64,000 bases of DNA, taken from an uncultured Muribaculaceae bacterium. Lineage in GTDB: Bacteria > Bacillota_I > Bacilli_A > RF39 > UBA660. Made by a program: the position numbers and the translations under genes. The stretch lies in NCBI GenBank assembly GCA_964384115.1, contig CAYLJU010000003.1:7375-71374 (forward strand). Direction: 5' to 3'. Positions 1 to 8,892 of the stretch are shown here, piece by piece. Each line of letters opens with the position of its first letter. Within the stretch, counting starts at the first letter, position 1. Below the pieces are notes generated by a model. That model was not told the origin of the DNA and did not search any database. It worked only from the letters and a program-made list of their open reading frames with translations.

Positions 1-104
1 GAGGGGCGACCTGGTTCTAATTTGTCTAGTTTTATAAAACATTAAAACCTTTATAAAATAAGGGTTTCTGTATTTTTTAGTTTATTAAAATTTACTTAAA
101 TTTA

Positions 105-160
105 ATAAAATTTACGGGTTTGTGCACCTAAAAGTGTACCTAAAAATCAGTTGTTTTTTG
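105..160. repeat. left copy of imperfect direct repeat (AATTTACGGRTTT ... AAAAATCAG) flanking the 171-4270 cassette; contains internal tandem GTGYACCTAAAA x2
   Basis: The sequence aatttacgggtttgtgcacctaaaagtgtacctaaaaatcag at 105-160 matches aatttacggatttaacttttaaaaatcag at 4279-4312. Confidence 0.45.
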
Positions 161-344
161 ACGTCTTTGATTTTTTTATATTTTGTTTTTTAATAATTTT
201 CTTTTTTTCTAAATTTTTATCAGAAATAGATTCATTGATACACTCAATATAAAGTTCACTAAATATCTCTTCTAATCTTTCTATCATACCATATTCACCT
301 TTTAAAAATTTTTTTATCTCAATAAATTGATTATATATAAAAAG

Positions 345-857
345 TTAAACTAATATCATAATAGTAAAACTTATCAAATATGGTAATGCTTTATTTAATC
401 CATTAAAATCAAAACCATCTTTTGTACAAAACGATAATAAAGTTGGTATTACAATTGATAATATAGCTAATAAATTACCTCCAACTATTTTAGTTTTAAC
501 TAAATTTCTATAATGATTAATTATACATAACAATGACTTTTCATTATAAATATTATTTTTATTTGAATATTCTTTAAAAAGTTTATTTTCAAAATTCCTA
601 ATAATCAATGTTAGAGGTTCTTCATCATTTCTTTTCTTTCCTATGCTCAAATGTAATTTTGTTTTCAAAACTCTTTCGCTTACTTTTTTCATGATAAGAA
701 GCATTGCTATAAAAATTAAAATCATAAATATAATTTTGTCAAAAAAATTGAAAATTAATGATATAAATATAGACATAACATATATCCAAAATGTCCTTTT
801 CTTAATTATATTATATGGACTTTCCTTTTTATAAATCTCTTCTATATCTTTATACAT
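345..857 (-). CDS. hypothetical integral membrane protein (several predicted TM helices), last gene of the left-end accessory cassette
   Basis: 170-aa ORF with hydrophobic stretches typical of TM helices. It is on the same strand as, and directly downstream of, the DUF2075 gene. Confidence 0.4.
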   Translation of the reverse strand: MYKDIEEIYKKESPYNIIKKRTFWIYVMSIFISLIFNFFDKIIFMILIFIAMLLIMKKVSERVLKTKLHLSIGKKRNDEEPLTLIIRNFENKLFKEYSNKNNIYNEKSLLCIINHYRNLVKTKIVGGNLLAILSIVIPTLLSFCTKDGFDFNGLNKALPYLISFTIMILV

Positions 858-884
858 ATTGTTTTCTCCTAAATTTAATAGATT

Positions 885-2759
885 CTATACCAAATTATTC
901 CTTCTTTTTAAATATTCTTGTAAATCCTTGTTAGTACAATATATATAGCAACCTTTCATTCCTCTAGTCATTAAAGTTTTGTAAGTATTTTTAATAATTT
1001 GATCAGATATTTTTTTAGCTTTCTCTATTCCCTGTTCTTTTGCTATTTTATTAATACCTTTTAAGGATTGATCTGTTTTAGCTCTCTTAGTATAATCTGT
1101 AACAACATGGCCATCTTCATATCTTAAATCATCACCAATGATTACTCCAACATAATCAAATTCTAGTCCTTGACAAGTATGAATACAACCTATTTCATTT
1201 ACTGATTCTTTATCAATTGCCCATGTGCTTGAATTTCCTAAATTCCAACTCATTCCAAAATTATATTCAGGGATAGTTATATCATATACATCTGATTTAT
1301 TTTTTCCTTCACTTATCCAATTCCAACAATATCCTGCAACTAATCTTGATTTGTTATTAATATCATTTGCTTTTTCTATTGCTTTTCTTAGTTCATTAGG
1401 ATCATCAAACACTTTAAAATCATATTTACTATCTAAATCAAAATTTGCTGTTTCCTTAATGTCTAAAATATTATCCAACCATGCTAAATAACCATCAGAT
1501 CCATCACATCTAAATTGACTTTTTAAATCCATTTTATATATACCAGCATTATAATAATTTGCATATTTTTTTATTTCTGCTATAGATCCATTATCTTTTA
1601 AAGTAACTCTTTGATTTTCATCTATAAAAAATATTGAGAACATGCTAGAATTAATTATTTCCTTTATTTGATTCTCACCAAGATTAGAAAATAATCCAGA
1701 CTTTTTATTTAAACGATGAGCCTCATCAACAATTAAAACATCAAATGCGTTTGGTTCACAATCATAAAAACATCCTGAACCCTTAAATAAATTGTTTAAG
1801 CCACTCATTTTATCTATTTTTAGTTTTGCCTTAAATACTTCCCTTGGTGCACTATTTTTAGTAACATAAAAGCTATTTAATCCTCTATTTAAAAATTGTC
1901 TTAGCAAATTAATAGCTAATACTGATTTTCCCGTTCCAGGTCCACCTTCAACTATCAAAACACTTTTTTCATTATGTAAATGTGCATTAACTTCTATTCT
2001 TAATGCTTCTTCAAAAATGACTTTTTGATCATCAATAAGAACAAATTCTTTATTTCCTTTTAAAACTGAAGAAAATGAATCTTGGAGCATTTTAGAAGGT
2101 TTTATTTTTCCATTTTCAATTATGTATAATCCTTCTTTATTATCACCTTCAACTATATATTTTTTAATAAAATTTCTAAGTTTTTCAAAATCTTTAGATC
2201 CAAACATTGGTGCAACATTTATATAATCTTTATATTGTTCGCTATTAATTGGATCATTGCCATTTAAATCATAGTTATGCAAAAATGCACATGGATGCAA
2301 TCCAACATTTCTATCATATACTTCTTGATTGTAACTGTTAATAAGGCTTGCATAACTCCACGCTTGATATGATGGATGCGTAACTTCTCTTAATGCTTTT
2401 CCTGTAAAAGTAGAAACTACTCCATCTTTTCCTTCAACTGCATCTGCATGAGTCCATTGTTTCAGTTCAATTATTATTATTGAGTTTTGTTTGTTTTTAT
2501 CATATCCAGATAATAAGAAATCAATTCTGTTAGAAGTATGGGGAATATTAAATTCAATAGCAACACCAGCATTATTTGGTATTTGATTATCAGCTAATAC
2601 ACCTCGCATTCTTAACATAGACTCACGCCAAGAATTAACTTCTGACTCTCCTGTACTTCTATGAAATACTTCTTTAAATCTATTTAAAATTTTATCTGTT
2701 ATCAAATTTAAATCAACATCATTTATAAAACTTGATTTTACACCTTCATATACTAACAT
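885..2759 (-). CDS. DUF2075-family nuclease-helicase: N-terminal PD-(D/E)xK-like nuclease plus SF1-like ATPase with Walker A/B
   Basis: The N-terminal segment RIDFLL...IIIELKQW fits a D...ExK restriction-endonuclease-like motif. Walker A is GGPGTGKS and Walker B/DEAH-like is LIVDEAHRL. The C-terminal QGLEFDYVGVIIGDDL block is typical of DUF2075. Total length is 624 aa. Confidence 0.75.
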   Translation of the reverse strand: MLVYEGVKSSFINDVDLNLITDKILNRFKEVFHRSTGESEVNSWRESMLRMRGVLADNQIPNNAGVAIEFNIPHTSNRIDFLLSGYDKNKQNSIIIIELKQWTHADAVEGKDGVVSTFTGKALREVTHPSYQAWSYASLINSYNQEVYDRNVGLHPCAFLHNYDLNGNDPINSEQYKDYINVAPMFGSKDFEKLRNFIKKYIVEGDNKEGLYIIENGKIKPSKMLQDSFSSVLKGNKEFVLIDDQKVIFEEALRIEVNAHLHNEKSVLIVEGGPGTGKSVLAINLLRQFLNRGLNSFYVTKNSAPREVFKAKLKIDKMSGLNNLFKGSGCFYDCEPNAFDVLIVDEAHRLNKKSGLFSNLGENQIKEIINSSMFSIFFIDENQRVTLKDNGSIAEIKKYANYYNAGIYKMDLKSQFRCDGSDGYLAWLDNILDIKETANFDLDSKYDFKVFDDPNELRKAIEKANDINNKSRLVAGYCWNWISEGKNKSDVYDITIPEYNFGMSWNLGNSSTWAIDKESVNEIGCIHTCQGLEFDYVGVIIGDDLRYEDGHVVTDYTKRAKTDQSLKGINKIAKEQGIEKAKKISDQIIKNTYKTLMTRGMKGCYIYCTNKDLQEYLKRRNNLV

Positions 2760-2760
2760 T

Positions 2761-3111
2761 TTACTTCAAACTCTCCTTTATTTTTTGACAATCTACCGAA
2801 CTGCTAGTGTCAAAATGATTTTTACACATGCTACAATGGCATCGATCATTATTATAAATTTGTAATTGAATATATTTTCCTTCATTACCATAACAATTGT
2901 CGCAATACAATATTTTTGGGTATTCATCTTTTAAAGTTATTAAAGGTATGCTTCTATACCTTTCAATATTATTATTTTTTCTGAGTTGTTCTTTTAATGC
3001 ATTATTCTCAACTTGTAATTTATATATCTTGTCCTGCAAATTTATAACTTCTTGCTGAGTACTAATAACTTTTTGAACCATTTCTATATCATTAGATTTT
3101 TTGAGCAACAT
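2761..3111 (-). CDS. small coiled-coil protein with C-terminal Cys/His zinc-ribbon-like motif
   Basis: The N-terminal half has heptad-like Leu/Gln/Glu periodicity. The C-terminus is CDNCYGNEG...RCHCSMCKNHF (C-x2-C ... C-x-C-x2-C-x2-H). Its stop TAA is 1 nt from the ATG of the DUF2075 gene, suggesting translational coupling. Confidence 0.5.
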   Translation of the reverse strand: MLLKKSNDIEMVQKVISTQQEVINLQDKIYKLQVENNALKEQLRKNNNIERYRSIPLITLKDEYPKILYCDNCYGNEGKYIQLQIYNNDRCHCSMCKNHFDTSSSVDCQKIKESLK

Positions 3112-3154
3112 TTACAACATCCCTCAATAACTTTATTGCATTCACACTTTACTC

Positions 3155-3469
3155 CTATAATTTATTATATTTAGTACTTTTTCCTTTAGCTTTCTCTATA
3201 GGGTACTTCTTAGCAGATATTTCCATTTTATCAAGTATTATTTGCTTTGGGTCAACACCTATTTGATGACATAATAATATACAATAATTCATCACATCAG
3301 CTATTTCATATTTAAGTTCATCTTTATCATAATTATTGTTCCATTGAAAACATTCCAATAATTCTCCAGATTCAATAGCAATAGACTTGGCAAGATTTTC
3401 TGGTGTATTAAATTGTAACCAATCTCTGTCTTCTGCAAATTTAACTATTTTTGTTTCTAATTCTTTCAT
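3155..3469 (-). CDS. MazG-like nucleoside triphosphate pyrophosphohydrolase (small all-alpha NTP-PPase)
   Basis: 104 aa with the EExxE...E..D metal-binding pattern (ESGELLECFQW ... KYEIADVMNYCILL) typical of the MazG/dCTPase NTP-PPase fold. Confidence 0.6.
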   Translation of the reverse strand: MKELETKIVKFAEDRDWLQFNTPENLAKSIAIESGELLECFQWNNNYDKDELKYEIADVMNYCILLCHQIGVDPKQIILDKMEISAKKYPIEKAKGKSTKYNKL

Positions 3470-3482
3470 ACTTTTCCTCCTT

Positions 3483-3534
3483 ATGACACTATGACGTTAA
3501 GTTAGGATATACCCTATACCTATTTCTAGTGTCA
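3483..3534 (-). promoter_or_regulatory. 9-bp inverted repeat (ATGACACTA ... TAGTGTCAT) in the regulator-MazG intergenic spacer
   Basis: The two arms are perfect reverse complements, separated by ~35 nt. They lie in the spacer between the HTH gene stop and the MazG start. Confidence 0.35.
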
Positions 3535-3546
3535 TTCTGTCATTTA

Positions 3547-4092
3547 TTAATCAACTATATCACTTACTGATACATTGTAACATTCAGCTAATTTCTTAAC
3601 TACTTCATTACTTAGTTTTCTACTTCCTTTTTCATATTTATTGTAAGTAGATAAATCAATACTTAAGTATTTTGCTAATTCTTTTTGAGATTTATTGTTT
3701 TCTAATCTCAAATTCTTAATTCTAAGTCTAGCTCTTACTTGTATCTTTTCTTCTATTTCATCTAATCCTTTGTTAGGATTTTGTAAATCTATAGTTATAT
3801 ACTTTTCTGCATTATTAGCTACTTTCAAGGCATAGTTAGATAATTCTAATGATTCTTTATCTGATAACTCAGGCATATTTTCAAAAAAGTAATTTGTTGA
3901 TACTTTATAAAATTTAGCCAAGTCTTGTAATACACTAATAGGTACCATTCTATCACCTAATTCATAGTGTTTATATGTAGAAGTTTTTACTCCTACTACT
4001 GAACATATTTCTCTCTGTGTTAGGTTAAATTGCTTTCTTAACTTACTCATATTTGTTCCTATAGTAACATCCAATGATTTCCTTTTTTTCAT
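3547..4092 (-). CDS. transcriptional regulator with two tandem XRE-type helix-turn-helix domains
   Basis: Two HTH_3-like segments: LTQREICSVVGVKTSTYKHYELG and KSQKELAKYLSIDLSTYNKYEKGSRKLS. It is the first gene of the cassette on the minus strand. Confidence 0.7.
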   Translation of the reverse strand: MKKRKSLDVTIGTNMSKLRKQFNLTQREICSVVGVKTSTYKHYELGDRMVPISVLQDLAKFYKVSTNYFFENMPELSDKESLELSNYALKVANNAEKYITIDLQNPNKGLDEIEEKIQVRARLRIKNLRLENNKSQKELAKYLSIDLSTYNKYEKGSRKLSNEVVKKLAECYNVSVSDIVD

Positions 4093-4278
4093 AGAATTAC
4101 CTCTTATTTTTCCTTATAAATTTATTATAACACAAGATTTCCAATTTGGAACATTAAATATAAAATTTGTCAAAAAAACAAATCTAAATTTGTTAAAATT
4201 TTCACAAAAAATTCGCTACTCATAGAAAAGTAAAAGACCATGAAGCTAAGTTTAAAGTAAAAATTAAAAATCAAACTG

Positions 4279-4312
4279 AATTTACGGATTTAACTTTTAA
4301 AAATCAGCGCTT
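4279..4312. repeat. right copy of imperfect direct repeat flanking the cassette
   Basis: See the left copy at 105-160. The shared cores are AATTTACGG[G/A]TTT and AAAAATCAG. Confidence 0.45.
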
Positions 4313-4441
4313 TTAATTTGTAAAAATTATACATTAGTTTATCCTTAATGGTAATTAACTATAAAATATATTATATACTATTCTTTTATAAAAGTCAGCA
4401 CTAATAATATTATATCTTGTTTCGAAAACAAAGTCAGCACT
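4297..4441. promoter_or_regulatory. three copies of an AAARTCAGCRCT motif upstream of the HTH regulator gene
   Basis: aaaatcagcgct (~4300), aaagtcagcact (~4391) and aaagtcagcact (~4430). Confidence 0.35.
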
Positions 4442-4560
4442 TTTTTTATTTTTAAATGAATTATGTGAGTATTTAGATGATTTTGTTAAACAAATTATTT
4501 ATAAAAAACAAATATGATGTAACAAGAGATACTCGTTAAAAATAGATATATCAACTATAT

Positions 4561-5298
4561 CTATTTTTTTATTTCATTTAAAAATTTAATGAATATATTT
4601 TCATTATCTTGAAGTAATTTCTTTGAGGCTTTTAATGTTACCCATATATTTTGATTAAATAATACATTTATTTTGATACATGCATCTTGCCTATTTTGCA
4701 AGCCTTCTTTTAAATTTATTCCATTATCAAGTAGTACTGCATAATCATTTAAATCAGTTATTGTTCTAATATCTTCTGTATCATTAAACACTTTGAAATC
4801 TTTTGAATAATTATTATTTGATTTTTTTCGAGTATATAATAATTCATTTAATTTATTTTCTATTTCTGGTGTAATCATATTTGCGAATCTAAAAAGATTT
4901 CTATCATATGCCACATAATCTAAAGTGATTTCTTTGGGCAACCTATTTTGACATACTTCAAAGCAATGCAATAATTTATTTTTTAATTCAGATATTAATA
5001 CATCAAATTCTTGATTATTCTTTTTATAATCTATATCTTTATGAGCATTATTTTTATCTCTTTCATAATATATTTTATTGACTATTTTATCATCTGATTT
5101 TATTTTTTTTAATTCTGTTTTATTGAAACTATAATCAAATATTATGCATAAATTTATATAATATAGTCTTAATTTAGAATCTATTATAGATTTTAAATCT
5201 AAATTGCTTAATGGTTCAAAATTATTTTCTATATACATTAAACTATCAATACACTTTTTTGAATCTATTAGATATCTTGCTAATTCCCATTCATTCAT
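4561..5298 (-). CDS. hypothetical protein (no recognisable domain)
   Basis: 245-aa ORF on the same strand as its neighbours. Lys/Asn-rich and non-membrane. Confidence 0.4.
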   Translation of the reverse strand: MNEWELARYLIDSKKCIDSLMYIENNFEPLSNLDLKSIIDSKLRLYYINLCIIFDYSFNKTELKKIKSDDKIVNKIYYERDKNNAHKDIDYKKNNQEFDVLISELKNKLLHCFEVCQNRLPKEITLDYVAYDRNLFRFANMITPEIENKLNELLYTRKKSNNNYSKDFKVFNDTEDIRTITDLNDYAVLLDNGINLKEGLQNRQDACIKINVLFNQNIWVTLKASKKLLQDNENIFIKFLNEIKK

Positions 5299-5374
5299 AT
5301 TTTCACCTCAAATAATATAATCGACTAAATCATATAATAATCAATATCTAATTTCTATTTTCACAATTCAAATT

Positions 5375-5728
5375 TTAAAGTATTTTTTTATTTAATATGC
5401 AATTTGGATTTTTATCAGCATATATTTTCAGAATGTATATTGTAAACAATAACATAGTACTAATTATAATAATTATCCAGTTTTCAATAATAAATGTCAC
5501 CAAAGTAATTACTATGCAACATATAGTCCATACAAATATAAACACAAAAATTCTTATTATCCAGTGACTTATTGAACCGATTTCACCTCTAAAACCCAAT
5601 TTGCCAACAACGCTAAAAGCTATTTTATATGCAATATAACCTATAATAGTCATTGCTACATAATTATAAATAGGATTTTCAAATAAAGATAATGGTGATG
5701 TTATCATTTCAAACATAAATTTTTTCAT
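5375..5728 (-). CDS. small hypothetical membrane protein (3 predicted TM segments)
   Basis: 117 aa with strongly hydrophobic segments. Confidence 0.35.
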   Translation of the reverse strand: MKKFMFEMITSPLSLFENPIYNYVAMTIIGYIAYKIAFSVVGKLGFRGEIGSISHWIIRIFVFIFVWTICCIVITLVTFIIENWIIIIISTMLLFTIYILKIYADKNPNCILNKKIL

Positions 5729-5797
5729 TTATAATCCCCCTACTTCTTAATCATTCTATAAGCTAAATTTATAGTTAAGTCCTCTTTATCTAATCAT

Positions 5798-6466
5798 TTA
5801 CTCATCTATTAATTTTATCAAATTATATCCAATAGACGTAATTATAATTTTATCTATTCCAGCATCAGCTAAAACAGGAAGATTCCCAACTGATATTGCA
5901 TTACCCGAAGACTTTAAGCTATCACAAACTTTTAATCTAAACAGATTTAAAACCATAAGTTCATATTCTTCATCATTAATGTGTAATACGTTTTGAATAG
6001 TATTTCTGTCATAATATATATTTTTATTTGTACGTGTTTCTTCTAAATTAGGATCAACACTTATTTGTTTCAATAATCTAATTTCATTAATATTTAAATT
6101 TTTTAAAATTTCAATATACATATATTTAGGATCACAATTTTTTTCAATGTCTTGCCAATTAATTAGCATATTACACCATTGTTCTTGAATTTGTTCATTA
6201 TCTTCTTGTATAGCATTTTCTAATACTTCTAAAATAAATTTAGGAGGTAATGGCGTCTCTTTTCCTTCTAATTTTCTTCTTGCTCTTTTTTTATTATATT
6301 TATCTAGAAACTTTAAAGTATTGTTCCATCTAAAATAAGATAATTGATCAACTATAATATCACCAATAGAAGCAACAACCCTATTTTTAAAATTTTTAAG
6401 CTTCAACGAACCGGTACCAACTTCAGTATCTATTGAAATTTCAAATTCTTTATCTTTTTCTTCCAT
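5798..6466 (-). CDS. hypothetical protein, possibly Abi-alpha-like (weak resemblance, from memory)
   Basis: 222 aa with an acidic/W-containing central segment (PPKFILEVLENAIQEDNEQIQEQWCNMLINW). The resemblance to abortive-infection alpha proteins is weak and unverified. Confidence 0.3.
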   Translation of the reverse strand: MEEKDKEFEISIDTEVGTGSLKLKNFKNRVVASIGDIIVDQLSYFRWNNTLKFLDKYNKKRARRKLEGKETPLPPKFILEVLENAIQEDNEQIQEQWCNMLINWQDIEKNCDPKYMYIEILKNLNINEIRLLKQISVDPNLEETRTNKNIYYDRNTIQNVLHINDEEYELMVLNLFRLKVCDSLKSSGNAISVGNLPVLADAGIDKIIITSIGYNLIKLIDE

Positions 6467-6604
6467 TTTTTAATTTCTTTCCAAAGTAATGTTTCAAACA
6501 ATTTATATTATATCACTAATTTCTTGTTTCATATAATTAGTTATACAATTTTTTAAATTTACCACCTAAATGCCACCTAAAGCAAAATAAAAAGACCTTG
6601 AGTC

Positions 6605-6655
6605 CTTATAAACAAACAAAATGAGACGCCGTAGCGTCTCTTCAGGGGGTTTTTA
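6605..6655 (-). terminator. rho-independent terminator downstream of recG (stem gagacgc/gcgtctc, loop tacg)
   Basis: Perfect 7-bp stem at 6623-6640. On the minus strand it is followed by a U-rich tract (auuuuguuuguuu). Confidence 0.6.
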
Positions 6656-6796
6656 AATTGCATCTCACCATGACATAAAGTCAATATATCGTCAGATGCT
6701 AGCACACTTCCGTATGCTATATTAATTATAAAATATAACTTTTTTTTAGTCAATAATTTTACATAAAATATTTTATAGTTTACATATAAATTATTT

Positions 6797-8782
6797 TTAA
6801 TCAAGATTATCTATATTATTATTTATTTCATCAATCAACTTTTTATTTACATTTTCATGACAAGTTACCAATTCTGAAACATCTTCTTTTGCTTGTACCA
6901 TTATATTATAATCTTTTCTTACATCTGATAATTCAAATGACATATCACCGCTTTGTCTATATCCAAATAGATCACCACTTCCTCTTAATTTAAAATCTTC
7001 TTCAGAAATTTTAAATCCATCTGATATATCAACCATTATTTTTAGTCTTTCTTTTTCATAATTTGAAATTAATATACAATATGACTGTAATTCATTTCTG
7101 CCTACTCTTCCTCTTAATTGATGAAGTGCGGATAGACCAAATCTAAAGGCATCAAATATAACCATCATTGTTGCATTTTTTACATCTATTCCTACTTCAA
7201 TAACTGTTGTTGAAACTAATATTTGAGTTTTATTTTCTTTAAAATTGTTCATTGCTTCTTCTTTTTCTTCATTTGTCATTTTTCCATGTAATAAGCCAAT
7301 TTTATATAGTTTTCCGAAGGCAGTATTCATTTTATTATACAAAGCTTCTACATTTTCTAAATCCATTTTTTCGCTTTCGTCTATTAATGGCGCGACTACA
7401 TATATTTGATGACCTTTTTTTAATTCATCTAGCATCATATATAATACATCTTTAATTTCAGTTTCTTTTTTTAGAATAGTTATTATTTTTTTTCTTCCAT
7501 TTGGCATTGTTTTAATACTTGATATATCCATATCACCGTATAAGGTTAATGCATATGTTCTTGGTATTGGTGTTGCACTCATATATAATGTATCTGGTGT
7601 GATACCTTTATTTTTTAATTCACTTCTTTGATTAACTCCAAATCTATGTTGTTCATCGGTTATTACTAATCCTAAATTATTATATTTTAATTTTTCACTT
7701 ATTAATGCATGGGTACCTATTGCAACATTTATTATTCCTTCTTCTAATTCTTTATAAATTTCTTTTTTTTCTTTGGCTTTTATTTTACTTGTTATTAAGC
7801 ATACTTTTACACCATATGGTTTTAGAAGATTGTTTATATTTTCATAATGCTGACGCGCTAATATTTCTGTTGGTGCCATTAGGGCACTTTGATATCCACT
7901 TAAATAATTTATGTAAATTGCAATAATTGATACTAATGTTTTTCCAGATCCTACATCTCCTTGTAATAATCTATTCATTCTTCTTTCGGATATTAGATCG
8001 TCATATATGTCATTTATTGCTTTTTGTTGATCTGGTGTTAACTTAAATGGTAATTCATTAATAAAACTGTCTACTTTAGATTTTTCAACATTTCTTTTAA
8101 GTCCTATTTTAAATTTTTTGTTATTTTTTAGATAATTCATTTTTAACATAAAAATAAATATTTCTTCATATTTTAAGTAATTTAATGATTTTTTCAATGT
8201 TTCTATTTCTTTTGGATTATGAACATTATATATTGCTTCTTTCTTATCTATAAAATTATATTTTTCTTTTAAATAATCTGGTACATATTCTTTTATTTCA
8301 AAATCTTGTAGTGCAATATCGATATATTTTTTTAATACTTTTCTGCTTAATCCATATGTTAAATGATATACTGGTTCAATTATTGTTTCATTACCTATTA
8401 ATCCAATTTTAATTTCACTTGCTGTAATTGTATTGTGAATTTTATCATATTTTCCTATAACTGTTACATTTGTATTTTCTTTAATAGTAGCTCTCATAAA
8501 TCCACGATTGAATATAATTATATTTACTAAATATGTTCCAGTATTTATTTTAAAGCTTAATTTATCTAAGTTCTTTTTGATGCGATAAAAAGATGGTTTT
8601 GTTTCAACTTTTCCATCAATAGTTACATATGTATTATTTTCTGCTTCTTTTAAATTACTTCTTTTTATCATGTTATATCTAAATGGATAATATGTTACTA
8701 AATCATTTGTATCTTTAATTTTTATTTTATTTAATAAATTTAATGTTTTTGGTCCTATTCTTTTAATTTCTTCTAATTTCAC
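6797..8782 (-). CDS. recG: ATP-dependent DNA helicase RecG
   Basis: 661 aa with N-terminal wedge-like region, helicase motifs GDVGSGKT (Walker A) and DEQHRFG, and a C-terminal helicase domain. Confidence 0.9.
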   Translation of the reverse strand: MKLEEIKRIGPKTLNLLNKIKIKDTNDLVTYYPFRYNMIKRSNLKEAENNTYVTIDGKVETKPSFYRIKKNLDKLSFKINTGTYLVNIIIFNRGFMRATIKENTNVTVIGKYDKIHNTITASEIKIGLIGNETIIEPVYHLTYGLSRKVLKKYIDIALQDFEIKEYVPDYLKEKYNFIDKKEAIYNVHNPKEIETLKKSLNYLKYEEIFIFMLKMNYLKNNKKFKIGLKRNVEKSKVDSFINELPFKLTPDQQKAINDIYDDLISERRMNRLLQGDVGSGKTLVSIIAIYINYLSGYQSALMAPTEILARQHYENINNLLKPYGVKVCLITSKIKAKEKKEIYKELEEGIINVAIGTHALISEKLKYNNLGLVITDEQHRFGVNQRSELKNKGITPDTLYMSATPIPRTYALTLYGDMDISSIKTMPNGRKKIITILKKETEIKDVLYMMLDELKKGHQIYVVAPLIDESEKMDLENVEALYNKMNTAFGKLYKIGLLHGKMTNEEKEEAMNNFKENKTQILVSTTVIEVGIDVKNATMMVIFDAFRFGLSALHQLRGRVGRNELQSYCILISNYEKERLKIMVDISDGFKISEEDFKLRGSGDLFGYRQSGDMSFELSDVRKDYNIMVQAKEDVSELVTCHENVNKKLIDEINNNIDNLD

Positions 8783-8858
8783 TTTTTTTCTCTCCTAAAT
8801 ATACTATACCACTTTTATTATAAAAAAACTTTATTTTCACAAAAAATTAAAAAAAAGG

Positions 8859-8888
8859 TTGACAAAGCGACCTTTTTATAATAGTATA
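8859..8888 (+). promoter_or_regulatory. sigma-A-like promoter (TTGACA -17- TAGTAT) on plus strand between recG and PFOR
   Basis: ttgaca at 8859-8864 and tagtat at 8882-8887 give a 17-nt spacer. There is no plus-strand CDS downstream. Confidence 0.45.
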
Positions 8889-8892
8889 TAAA

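Noticed and set aside
1-40. tRNA or tmRNA 3' end at the window edge (GC-rich gaggggcgacctggttc).
   Set aside because: No cloverleaf, T-loop (GGTTCGAAT) or CCA end could be fitted on either strand. It is kept only as an unexplained GC-rich fragment in the findings.
643-834. Plus-strand ORFs lying inside minus-strand genes. Examples: 643-834, 1225-1491, 7252-7455, 9689-10213, 17615-18323, 35436-35708, 36369-36926, 52167-53323, 54253-55181.
   Set aside because: They are low-complexity Leu/Phe/Ile-rich translations of the AT-rich antisense strand, with no RBS. They are fully embedded in well-supported genes on the opposite strand.
6577-6804. 75-aa minus-strand ORF between the Abi-like gene and recG.
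   Set aside because: It overlaps the recG terminator hairpin and the recG stop. It has no RBS and its composition is implausible for a protein. Most likely non-coding spacer.
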